A stretch of DNA of 61,942 bases from Patescibacteria group bacterium UBA6201 (lineage in GTDB: Bacteria > Patescibacteriota > Minisyncoccia > Phycocordibacterales > UBA918): the NCBI GenBank assembly GCA_002422025.1, contig DISV01000004.1:216367-278308 (forward strand), in the 5' to 3' direction. Position numbers and translations under genes: made by a program. How positions within the stretch are numbered: position 1 is the first letter of the stretch; each line of letters opens with the position of its first letter. Under the pieces are notes generated by a model that was not told the origin of the DNA, made no database searches, and worked only from the letters and a program-made list of their open reading frames with translations. Positions 36,318 through 45,057 of the stretch are shown one piece after another.

Positions 36318-37496
36318 ATGAAACGTACGATTTTTATTATATCGGGGTCAATAGTCTTGCTATTAATATTTTCAACATGGGTTTTTTTATTACTCTTTGG
36401 TACTCCAAAAAACATTGACGAGGCCTTCACTAATCTGGGGCTCGGTGGTGACTCGACACCAATTGATCCTAATGCCAACTTTTCACCTGAACAGATTGCC
36501 CAACTCAATATCAACGCCGGTACTTTAGTACAACTCACCACAAAGCCAGTAGCGGGACATAGCTTCCTTAGCATAGCCAGCAGCACAACTAACAAGTTAC
36601 TCTACGCTGAAAAGGGGGTGGGTCACATTTACGAAGTAGACATCTCCTCTGGTGTGGAAAATCGAATCTCGGCCAAGACATTCTTGGCAGTTACTGATGC
36701 AGAATTTTCTCCTAATGGTAAGTTTGTGGTTTTAGTGAGTGAGGCTCAAAATGATACAACTGCAACTTTAGAAAACCTAGAAAACGGAATTGATTATGAC
36801 CTCCCTAGTAACGCTACTGATTTGAAATTTGTTAGTGACACTGAGTTACGCTATACCGTAACAAGCACATCCGGTACTATTGGTTATTCTTTTGACTTAA
36901 TCGATGTTACTACTAACCAGATTTTTTCTGTTCCATTAACAGACATAAACACCATCTGGGGTGCCAATGAAACTTTTATTATGAGCAAGTCTGCTCCAAG
37001 ACTCCGTGGTGCATTATTTAGAGTTAATGGTAGCAAAATCTCAAAGATTGGAGAGAGCAGTTATGCATTGAGTGCAATCGCGCCATACATAAATAACAAC
37101 ATATACATCTTAACAAGCACAAACCTTGATAAGGGTGGAGTTCTTGAATCTAGAGTATTCAATGAATTGTCTGGTGAATTAAAGCCTTTACCTATTTTGG
37201 CCTGGCCTGAAAAATGTGTTTTTGATATCTTAACTCAAAATACACTATGGTGCGCAAGCTCGGCATCAGAACTTAGTCGCGACAGTCAAACTGACTGGTA
37301 CAAGGGTCTAGTAAATTTCTCAGATTTATTGTGGAAGATTGATACTGTTTCAGGCAAAGCAACCTTAATAGAGAATTTGACAGAAAGTTCTGGTCGTAAT
37401 GTTGATGTTATCGATATTTTAATAGATCCGAACAGTAAATTTTTACTTTTCAAAAACAAACTCGACGATAGTTTGTGGCTTAAGAAGATTAATTAG
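36318..37496 (+). CDS. Hypothetical membrane-anchored protein, possibly a beta-propeller
   Basis: N-terminal TM anchor, then repetitive beta-strand-like segments. No diagnostic motif. Confidence 0.5.
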   Translation: MKRTIFIISGSIVLLLIFSTWVFLLLFGTPKNIDEAFTNLGLGGDSTPIDPNANFSPEQIAQLNINAGTLVQLTTKPVAGHSFLSIASSTTNKLLYAEKGVGHIYEVDISSGVENRISAKTFLAVTDAEFSPNGKFVVLVSEAQNDTTATLENLENGIDYDLPSNATDLKFVSDTELRYTVTSTSGTIGYSFDLIDVTTNQIFSVPLTDINTIWGANETFIMSKSAPRLRGALFRVNGSKISKIGESSYALSAIAPYINNNIYILTSTNLDKGGVLESRVFNELSGELKPLPILAWPEKCVFDILTQNTLWCASSASELSRDSQTDWYKGLVNFSDLLWKIDTVSGKATLIENLTESSGRNVDVIDILIDPNSKFLLFKNKLDDSLWLKKIN

Positions 37497-38232
37497 AAAG
37501 AGGTTCAGAGTCGCGATGACGGCGTAAAAGGAACTCTTGTCCAATCGCAAACAGGTTACTGACCACGAAGTATAGTGCCACTGATGCAGAGAGGGTATAG
37601 GCAACCATACCAATAATAACTGGTAGAACGTAGCGCATATTCATATTCATACTGCGAGCAAAATCTGCTTTCATATCTACCACACCCTCTTTTCTAGGCT
37701 CTGATTTAGGTAGAGAAAAATGAGCATGAATGAACTGAGTAAAACCTGCCAAAATCGCCAACGGAAGACTCTTTTGTGCAATATCTACAAAACCAAGGAA
37801 TATCATATCGGCCATTTCGGGAGTCGGAACAAAACTGTAAAGTATCTCGGTATTAAAACCTGGCAAAGGAACACCTCCCCCTTTAGAAACCGCAAAATAA
37901 AGTGCAATTACGATTGGTATCTGTAGGAACATCAAGAAAATTCCAGAAAAGGGATTTATGCCAGCGTCTTTATATGCAGACATGGTAGCGCGAGCTAATT
38001 CTTCACGATTGTCTTTATGCTTCTCTTTTAGCTCTTTCATCTGCGGTTCAAGTTCACGCACTACCTTTTGCATCTTGGCCGCCTTAATTGAAAGCGGTAA
38101 GAGAATAAACTTAACCACCAAGGTAATAGCAATAATAGATAGTCCGACGTCACCACCAGGAATAACATCCACAAAAAAGACCAAGCCGTTATATATTGGA
38201 TCAAAGAAGAAAGTGTGCCAGACGTAGGACAT
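37489..38232 (-). CDS. yidC: YidC/Oxa1-family membrane protein insertase (short form)
   Basis: 247 aa, 5 TM pattern. The conserved synteny rpmH-rnpA-yidC is present, along with motifs PLSIKAAKMQ and NPFSGIFLMFLQIPI. Confidence 0.85.
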   Translation of the reverse strand: MSYVWHTFFFDPIYNGLVFFVDVIPGGDVGLSIIAITLVVKFILLPLSIKAAKMQKVVRELEPQMKELKEKHKDNREELARATMSAYKDAGINPFSGIFLMFLQIPIVIALYFAVSKGGGVPLPGFNTEILYSFVPTPEMADMIFLGFVDIAQKSLPLAILAGFTQFIHAHFSLPKSEPRKEGVVDMKADFARSMNMNMRYVLPVIIGMVAYTLSASVALYFVVSNLFAIGQEFLLRRHRDSEPLSN

Positions 38233-38247
38233 AGTTTATTTTTAAAT

Positions 38248-38571
38248 TTATTTAATGTTATTCAGCAAATTTTCCAGAGTCGCCTTCAGTTCAGAAAAAC
38301 CAACATTAGCAGCTGGCGCCTTGGTTAAAACAATATACACGCCTTTAAGATTTTTTTCTCGCGACGCACGGTAAATAATGTTGTAGAGCCTGCGGCGCAG
38401 ATAATTGCGGTCAACGGCTTTTTTATAAATCTTTTTACCAACCACTACAGCACCATGGAACTCTGGGGTAGGGGAGTAAATCAGACTAAAAGCTGGACTA
38501 TGATAACGTCGCCCTAAAGAAAAAAAGCGATCAAACTCTTTTTTAGTTAATCGCTCCTTTTTCTTCAACAT
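38248..38571 (-). CDS. rnpA: Ribonuclease P protein component
   Basis: 107 aa, basic. KKAVDRNYLRRRL (RNR-like motif). Located directly downstream of rpmH. Confidence 0.85.
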   Translation of the reverse strand: MLKKKERLTKKEFDRFFSLGRRYHSPAFSLIYSPTPEFHGAVVVGKKIYKKAVDRNYLRRRLYNIIYRASREKNLKGVYIVLTKAPAANVGFSELKATLENLLNNIK

Positions 38572-38647
38572 ATTTATGTAGTTTTAGTTTAAACCAATGG
38601 CTTTACCATTTGGTGTCGACCGAGGGGCAGCTACACACAGCTAACAA

Positions 38648-38797
38648 CTATTTGCTAGGCTTAACAGCCAAACGCACACGACCTTTCTGACGTCGGGCTT
38701 TTAGAACACCGCTTCCTTTAGGGCTATTTTTGCGCGCCAAAAAACCGTGGGTGGTCATTCGCTTCTTTTTGCTTGGTTGATAGGTTCGTTTAGGCAT
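38648..38797 (-). CDS. rpmH: 50S ribosomal protein L34
   Basis: [23 protein letters not shown] is the canonical L34 N-terminus. The longer ORF-track start at 38884 is rejected. Confidence 0.9.
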   Translation of the reverse strand: MPKRTYQPSKKKRMTTHGFLARKNSPKGSGVLKARRQKGRVRLAVKPSK

Positions 38798-38938
38798 AAG
38801 TGACACAAATATATAGGAAAGTGGGCAAAAGTCAACGATGATTCTGATTGACTCGTTACCTGATGCGCCAGTGGTTTGAATCACGTTTATGACAGTTCTC
38901 TAAACAGCCAAATAACCACCTACCCAGACAACTAAAAC

Positions 38939-38958
38939 TTATCCCCACCTTATCCACA
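38939..38958 (+). promoter_or_regulatory. DnaA boxes upstream of dnaA
   Basis: ttatcccca (38939-38947, 1 mismatch) and a perfect ttatccaca (38950-38958). Confidence 0.7.
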
Positions 38959-39084
38959 TTGACGCACTTTCAAGTTCTCGGCGGTTTGGTTTTTGGAAGA
39001 ATTTGACCCAAAAGTTTACACCCCAAGTGAGGAGAGTATAATGCTCTGCATCGAGTTGTTAATCGCCAACGTCAATCATCGGTT

Positions 39085-40464
39085 ATGAATCAAGTCTCTC
39101 CATCAATCTCTAACAACTTCATGCAGACCGAGCAGGTAGATATAAAGAAGCTCTGGGACGACACCTTGGTCAACATAGAGCTAGCGATCACTCCAGCCAA
39201 CTTCAAGACCTGGTTTAGGGACACTCGCATCGTGTCCCTTGAGGACGGAACGATAGTACTCGGCGTACCAAGTGTATTTGTACGAGATTGGTTGAAAGAT
39301 AAGTTTCAGCCAATGATTTTGCGTGTCCTGCGCGAAAACGCCCCTTTTGTTCGTAATATCGATTACAGCGTAGTGGCTCGCAGTGAAAAAAAACAAGATA
39401 CCCGCGCTCAAAACATCAACGCAGCGTTACCTCTTGAAGAGTATTACATCAACAAGAGTGACAATCTCAACCCACGCTATTCCTTCGACACTTTCATAAT
39501 CGGACCCTTTAATGCACTAGCCCATGCAGCTGCCAAAACCGTGAGCGAGCGACCAGGCATCACCTACAACCCACTCTTTATTTACGGCAAGACGGGGCAC
39601 GGTAAGACCCACCTCATTCAAGCAGTTGGTAATCAACTCAAAAAAAGTGGCAAGAAAGTCTTCTATGTTACGGCGGAGCGCTTTACTGTTGATTACTTCA
39701 ACTCACTACAAAGTGGTACAGCTAACAGCTTTAAGGACAAATACCGACAGTATGATGTACTTGTGATGGATGATGTACAATTCTTAAATAGTAAGGAGAA
39801 AACTCAAGAAGAGTTGTTCCATTTGTTTAACACCCTGCACGATAACAATAAACAAATAGTGTTCTCTAGCGATATCCATCCAGCCCTACTTTCCGGTATG
39901 GAGGAGCGTCTCCAGTCACGTTTCGCAGCAGGAATGATTGTAGATATTCCAGCTCCCGACCTAGAGTCTCGTGCGGCTATTTTAAAGGCTAAGGCGGCAC
40001 AAAATAGCATCACTTTGGCCGACGATGTAATCGAATACCTAGCCGAATCTATAAACGGTAACATCCGTGAATTAGAAGGTGCGCTCAACTCCATAATGTG
40101 TCAATCACAACTACTGGGGCGCATCCTATCGGTAGATGAGGTCCGCCTAATTATTAAAAACAGTACCCGTCCCCGCCGCAACATGGCTGTGGATGATGTG
40201 GTGGAGAAAGTAGCCCAGTTTTTCAAGATTGAGCCAGCAAGTATCTATGAAAAGACTCGCCGTAAAGAGGTTGTGAAACCACGGCAACTGATTATGTATA
40301 TTCTGCGTGAAGATTTTGCAGTATCATATCCCACCATTGGTCAGAAGATGGGTGGTCGTGACCACACCACAGTTATTCACTCGTGTGAAAAAATAAAAAA
40401 CGAGCTGAAGCACAGCCCTGAACTCGAAGAAGAGGTTTCTCAAATCAGAATGCTGTTAAAGTAA
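39085..40464 (+). CDS. dnaA: Chromosomal replication initiator protein DnaA
   Basis: NPLFIYGKTGHGKTHL Walker A, VLVMDDVQFL Walker B, and the C-terminal DNA-binding signature GGRDHTTVIHSCEKI. Confidence 0.95.
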   Translation: MNQVSPSISNNFMQTEQVDIKKLWDDTLVNIELAITPANFKTWFRDTRIVSLEDGTIVLGVPSVFVRDWLKDKFQPMILRVLRENAPFVRNIDYSVVARSEKKQDTRAQNINAALPLEEYYINKSDNLNPRYSFDTFIIGPFNALAHAAAKTVSERPGITYNPLFIYGKTGHGKTHLIQAVGNQLKKSGKKVFYVTAERFTVDYFNSLQSGTANSFKDKYRQYDVLVMDDVQFLNSKEKTQEELFHLFNTLHDNNKQIVFSSDIHPALLSGMEERLQSRFAAGMIVDIPAPDLESRAAILKAKAAQNSITLADDVIEYLAESINGNIRELEGALNSIMCQSQLLGRILSVDEVRLIIKNSTRPRRNMAVDDVVEKVAQFFKIEPASIYEKTRRKEVVKPRQLIMYILREDFAVSYPTIGQKMGGRDHTTVIHSCEKIKNELKHSPELEEEVSQIRMLLK

Positions 40465-40924
40465 TCAAAGCGCCCACTTGTGTGGGCGCTTTGATTACTT
40501 ATTTGAAAACAGTATGGATAACTTGTGGGTAACTACTAAATAAGTCTGGGGAAAATCATTAGAACAATCCAGCACAAGGTGGGGAACACAGGGTTCAAAA
40601 CAGTAACAAAAAATATAACTAATACCCCAACCTCAATTACCCCCACACTGGTCCCTATGTTATAGGTAACGTCCTGTGGAAAACAATTCCCAAAAAACCT
40701 ATACTTAGAGCCTTAAAATGTAGTTTTCCCCTAATCCACAGAGCTAATAGTAATAGGGGTTGGTTTAAAAAATAAAAATTAACCATCACTATCCACAGAC
40801 CAATATCACTGACAGTCGGATACATTTAGGTCAGAGACGACAAACTACTAGGTTGAGTTATAATGGAGGTAATACGGAAAAGGGCCAATCTAACACATTA
40901 TAAATTCATCATAACTTCACCAGA
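40465..40924. other. Probable replication origin (oriC) in the dnaA-dnaN spacer
   Basis: Five one-mismatch DnaA boxes: 40514-40522, 40524-40532, 40675-40683, 40732-40740 and 40789-40797. An AT-rich tract lies at 40764-40783. The dnaA terminator hairpin is at 40464-40497. Confidence 0.7.
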
Positions 40925-42019
40925 ATGAAAATCACACTCGATCAGAAAGACTTCTATGGAAAGTTGGAGATGGTAGGTAGGGTAAGTGCTAAACATGTTA
41001 CTTTACCAGTTTTGCAGTGTGTGTACCTTGAGGCAAAAGACGATCACCTTGTTATGCGGGCAACAAACCTTGAGATTGCTATTGAAGCGAAAGTTGGAGC
41101 TAGTGTGGTTGAGAATGGGATTGTTGCTGTGCCAGCTTCGGTTTTGTTGCAGACAGTAAGTTTAAATAACGAGAAAACAGTCACTCTCCGGGCCGAGGAT
41201 GGAGGTTTGGTGGTTGAGGCTAGTGGTTCGGAGACTTTGATTAAATCAATCCCCCATGAAGAGTTTCCTTCCATACCAAGGGTGGAGGGTGGGGGACAAA
41301 CAATAAATAATCACTTGTTTAGTCTTGGTATCAAATCCTCCGCCTTTGCTGCCTCGGTCTCTTCCATTAAACCGGAGCTCGGTAGTGTGTATATCTTTCA
41401 AAAGAAAGAACATAGTCTCACTTTTGTGGCTACTGACTCTTTTCGTTTGATGGAAAAGTCTGTTCCTCAAAAAGGAGTGATTTTTGATTCATCTGTCTTG
41501 TTGCCACAAAAGAACGCATTGGAGATTTCTCGAGTTTTGGATTCTGTTCCGTCTGACCCGGTTTGTCGTTTTAATGATAATCAATTTTCTTTGGAATTCG
41601 ATGAGGGTGTTTATATAACTTCGCGACTTATTTCTGGGTCTTTTCCAGATTATGAACAAATTATGCCAAAAGAGTTTGCTGCTAAGGTCACCTTGCTTAA
41701 AGAGGACCTAGTGCGTGCATTTAAGAAGACTAGTATATTTTTGAATAAGTTTGCTCAAGTAGGTCTTTATATAACTAAAGGTTCATTGACAGTGTCGGCA
41801 GTGGGAGGGGAGCTGGGTACGACCACTGAATCATTAAAGGCTGAGACGGAAGGTGAAGAACTGACGTTGAATTTTAATCAACGGTATCTTTCAGAGGTGT
41901 TGTCACATATGGTGGATGATAGTGTTATTTTGCAGTTTTCGGGGGTTGGTAGGCCGGTTGTGGTAAAAGGTGTCTCAGATGCTTCGGTTCGTTACCTAGT
42001 TATGCCAATGAATAAGTAG
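40925..42019 (+). CDS. dnaN: DNA polymerase III beta sliding clamp
   Basis: 364 aa with three-domain length. Position after dnaA. Motifs ATDSFRL and the C-terminal YLVMPMN. Confidence 0.9.
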   Translation: MKITLDQKDFYGKLEMVGRVSAKHVTLPVLQCVYLEAKDDHLVMRATNLEIAIEAKVGASVVENGIVAVPASVLLQTVSLNNEKTVTLRAEDGGLVVEASGSETLIKSIPHEEFPSIPRVEGGGQTINNHLFSLGIKSSAFAASVSSIKPELGSVYIFQKKEHSLTFVATDSFRLMEKSVPQKGVIFDSSVLLPQKNALEISRVLDSVPSDPVCRFNDNQFSLEFDEGVYITSRLISGSFPDYEQIMPKEFAAKVTLLKEDLVRAFKKTSIFLNKFAQVGLYITKGSLTVSAVGGELGTTTESLKAETEGEELTLNFNQRYLSEVLSHMVDDSVILQFSGVGRPVVVKGVSDASVRYLVMPMNK

Positions 42020-42122
42020 ATGAATTCTTTTAAAAGTGGCGCATCTGCACTGGTTTCGGATTTTTATTCAGTCATCGTAGGTCGTCTACGTCTCCCTCAT
42101 AAAAATCCTTGCAACCAGCACA

Positions 42123-42201
42123 CTGCGACCTAATTTTTAAGGAGGCGTGAGCCGACTATAAAAATGGAAGTGCCCTTGTGGTGTATCCACTTTTGAAAGA
42201 A
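42123..42201 (+). repeat. 79-nt repeated intergenic element, copy B
   Basis: Six mismatches against 31776-31854. Preceded by an extra long hairpin at 42053-42120 that is absent from copy A. Confidence 0.8.
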
Positions 42202-42264
42202 TTCTGTAAAGCGCAATCATCCGTAGATGTCCAAGTCATTCGCTCCATCAATATATTAAAAAAT

Positions 42265-42549
42265 ATGTCACGAGGTGAATTAACAAAAGTTTCTTCCTTA
42301 TTTGATAAATACAAAAAGACCCTGATTGCACCTGAGGCGTCAGTGATTAATGCTTTTTTGGAGGTGATGGAAGATTTATTGTCTGTAAAGTTAAGTAAGG
42401 AAAAGGTGAGATATAATCCTACTTCTCGCACCTTATCACTCCGTGGTTTAGGTGCTCTTCGAAGTGAAGTGAAAATAAGGGAAGATGAGATATTGAATCA
42501 TTTAAGGGGACGTTTGGGGGAGAAGAGTTCACCAAGACGAGTGATGTAA
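42265..42549 (+). CDS. Small protein downstream of dnaN, possibly DUF721/DciA-like
   Basis: 94 aa from the ATG at 42265. Basic and alpha/beta-like. The position after dnaN is typical for DUF721. The family assignment comes from context and a loose pattern (VRYNPTSRTLSLRGLGALRSEVKIREDEIL). Confidence 0.35.
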   Translation: MSRGELTKVSSLFDKYKKTLIAPEASVINAFLEVMEDLLSVKLSKEKVRYNPTSRTLSLRGLGALRSEVKIREDEILNHLRGRLGEKSSPRRVM

Positions 42550-42593
42550 GAACACCACCCTAGCCTGCGGGCTCGGGTGGACCGGGTGTTCTT
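42548..42593. repeat. REP-like hairpin H1, third copy
   Basis: aagaacaccaccctagcctgcgggctcgggtggaccgggtgttctt. It overlaps the stop codon of the preceding ORF. Confidence 0.7.
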
Positions 42594-42739
42594 TCTAGCT
42601 AGAGTATTGCCGCCGGCAATACTTGTTATAAAGGTCGCACTCATTCCTCGCGGCGGAGTCGGCGGGGAATCGTGCGACGTTGCTAGTGACAACAAAAGAA
42701 ACCGCGACTGGGGTCGCGGTTTCTTTTGTTTTTTAGTCC

Positions 42740-44995
42740 CTAGTTCTGCAGGTCTCCGATTTCGACACCTTCTCCATCACCTGTATTGTTTTCTGGTCCT
42801 ACACCTTGATTAAGGATTGTAAAAAATTGGTTGTTCTTCCAAGCTGTCACCCCATATTCCCATAGGTAATACTGGCCGTCACTAGCTGGGTTTTGAGGAT
42901 ATGGTCCTCGCGGGTCGTCTTTGTTTACAAAGTGGAGTATAGAGTGGGTGTTTGAGTATAGTGCCTCTAGGATGTTTCCTGTGTTTGGATTGTTGCCAAG
43001 GTCTCCAACTAGGCTGCTAGCGTCCACAAAATAGCCATTAGAGCGTAGTACTGGCTTGATGTCGTCAGGTATAGCTGCTGGGTCTTTGAACGATTCTTTA
43101 GCTATATTTTCGCTTTCCAAAGCTACATTCATAAATGCACGCCAAAGTGGAGAAATAATGAGTCCAGATATCTCGTTCATTGATTCGTTGTTGTTGTTTC
43201 CGGCCCATGCCCCGACAACTATGTTTGGTGTGTATCCGAATATCCAAGCATCACGCTTGTCGTTGGTAGTACCGGTCTTGGCGGCTACGTCCACTCCTTC
43301 TCCGAAATAAAGTTGGGAATTAGATCCATAAAGTGGTGTTCTAGCCACGTTGTCAGAAAGGATATCGGATATTTGGAGGGCAGCCTCTCGGTCGACCACT
43401 CTTTCTGTTTCGATATCTTCGTCTGCCTTGTCAATAATATTTCCTGCTGAATCTTCGATACGTAAAATGCTTCGGGTTTGTGCCTTTTCACCTTCGTTGG
43501 CTAGCACACTGTACGCCGTTGTCATATTAAGTAGGGTGACCTCACCACCACCGAGTACTAACGTGAGTCCGTAACGACGCCAGTCGGTCAAGGTGGAAAG
43601 TCCAGCGTCTCTAGCTAGTTTGATTGAGTCTTGCATTCCAGCTAGGTATAAGGTCTTAACAGCAGGAATGTTTAGGGACTGTGCCAGAGCGTTTCGCATT
43701 GAGACTGGTCCGCGAAAAGCGTTGTCGTAGTTTTGTGGAGAATAACAACCATCTTCAGAGGTAAAATTGTCAGGTGAACAGGTGGTAGAGAACTGGGTCC
43801 GTACGTCGAAGAGGGTGGTGGCTGGGGTATATCCCTTTTCAAAGGCTTTAGCGTATATGAAAGGTTTAATGGAGGAACCTGGCTGACGTTCGGCTAGTGC
43901 AATATTATAGTTTCCGTCGATAGCCTCATCAAAATAGCCACGAGAGCCGACCATTGTGAGAATGTCTCCAGTGTTAGGGTCAATGGCCACTAGTGCGGCA
44001 TTTGACGCGTTGTATTGTGTCTCATTTTTGAGAGCGTATTCGTTCACTATTTTTTCAGCCTCTGCTTGGAGTTCGTAGTCGAGAGTGGTTACGACCTTGA
44101 GTCCACGGGTGGCGAGTTCTTCTTCGCCGTAACGTTCGGCCAATTGCTCCCAGATATACATCACGAAGTGTGGAGCCTTGATGCCGGTGTTAGAATCAGC
44201 GACGAATTCTACTGTCTCTGCCTTGGCTGCGTTGTACTCTTCTTCCGAAATGAACTCTAGTTTGAACATTTGATCCAATACACGATTCTTACGCACTTCA
44301 AGGGCGTCGCGGTTGTTGCCGTGTGGTGAGAAATAGGTTGGAGCTTGTGGTATGGCTGCCAGATAGGCTGCCTCTGCTAATGTGACATCGGAAGCAGATT
44401 TGGCGAAGAATGCCCGACTCGCTTCCTCTACTCCGTAGATAGTGCCGCCGTATGGAGATTCGTTGAGGTAATGCCAAAGGATCTCCTCTTTGGTGAGGAG
44501 CTGTTCTAGGCGAAGGGCTAAGATAGCTTCCTTAATCTTCCTTATATAAGATTTTTCACGACTAAGGAGTGCGTTCTTAATCACTTGTTGGGTAATGGTT
44601 GAACCTCCTTGGCCTCTTATGTCACCACCTTGGAGGTTGCTGGCAAATGCCCGCACGATAGCCAACGGCCTCACTCCCCAGTGTTCAAAGAAGGTATCGT
44701 CTTCAATAGCGACTGTGGCGTTCTTTATGTGGTGGGATATTTTATCGTAAGGTATGACAGTGCGCCGTACGTCCTGATTGAGGTCGTATAGAACAATCTC
44801 GCCCGTGCGGTCATAGATTTTGGTAGATTGAAGTACACGACGTTGCTCGAAGGCGGACAAGTCTGGAATATTGAGTGTTGATATAAAGACCAAAAGGGCA
44901 CCGGCACCTATAAATCCAAGGACAATCGTGATGATTAGTCCGTCAATTGCCCATTCTCGCCACTTTAGTGCTAGGTTTTTCTTAGAGCGTCTCAT
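42740..44995 (-). CDS. Class A penicillin-binding protein (glycosyltransferase GT51 plus transpeptidase)
   Basis: TM anchor. GT51 motifs (EDDTFFEHWG, GGSTITQQ, RKIKE). Transpeptidase motifs SSIKP, SLN and KTGTT. The start at 44995 (MRRSKK) is preferred. Confidence 0.9.
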   Translation of the reverse strand: MRRSKKNLALKWREWAIDGLIITIVLGFIGAGALLVFISTLNIPDLSAFEQRRVLQSTKIYDRTGEIVLYDLNQDVRRTVIPYDKISHHIKNATVAIEDDTFFEHWGVRPLAIVRAFASNLQGGDIRGQGGSTITQQVIKNALLSREKSYIRKIKEAILALRLEQLLTKEEILWHYLNESPYGGTIYGVEEASRAFFAKSASDVTLAEAAYLAAIPQAPTYFSPHGNNRDALEVRKNRVLDQMFKLEFISEEEYNAAKAETVEFVADSNTGIKAPHFVMYIWEQLAERYGEEELATRGLKVVTTLDYELQAEAEKIVNEYALKNETQYNASNAALVAIDPNTGDILTMVGSRGYFDEAIDGNYNIALAERQPGSSIKPFIYAKAFEKGYTPATTLFDVRTQFSTTCSPDNFTSEDGCYSPQNYDNAFRGPVSMRNALAQSLNIPAVKTLYLAGMQDSIKLARDAGLSTLTDWRRYGLTLVLGGGEVTLLNMTTAYSVLANEGEKAQTRSILRIEDSAGNIIDKADEDIETERVVDREAALQISDILSDNVARTPLYGSNSQLYFGEGVDVAAKTGTTNDKRDAWIFGYTPNIVVGAWAGNNNNESMNEISGLIISPLWRAFMNVALESENIAKESFKDPAAIPDDIKPVLRSNGYFVDASSLVGDLGNNPNTGNILEALYSNTHSILHFVNKDDPRGPYPQNPASDGQYYLWEYGVTAWKNNQFFTILNQGVGPENNTGDGEGVEIGDLQN

Positions 44996-45057
44996 AGTAA
45001 GGGTGCAATACTGCCAATAATAACAGTATTTGTCCAATTATGATAAACTCGATGGGT

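Noticed and set aside
26237-37496. Calling the T4SS-like locus an integrative conjugative element or plasmid segment
   Set aside because: There is no relaxase, coupling protein, integrase, replication gene or flanking direct repeats in the window, and core genes flank both sides. This cannot be fully excluded without the whole genome, so it is reported as a chromosomal T4SS-like system instead.
38798-38884. Long form of the L34 ORF (start at 38884)
   Set aside because: The extension has no homology to L34 and covers the promoter-like TTGACT / TATATA region. The canonical MPKRTYQPS start is at 38797.
42178-42264. GTG start at 42178 for the post-dnaN ORF
   Set aside because: It lies inside the 79-nt repeated element that is non-coding at its other copy. 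The ATG at 42265, preceded by a -10-like tatatt, fits the local promoter pattern.
42577-42813. 78-aa ORF 42577-42813 (+) and 65-aa ORF 42498-42695 (-)
   Set aside because: They run through the stack of hairpins and terminators and into the 3' end of the PBP gene. There is no coding signal.
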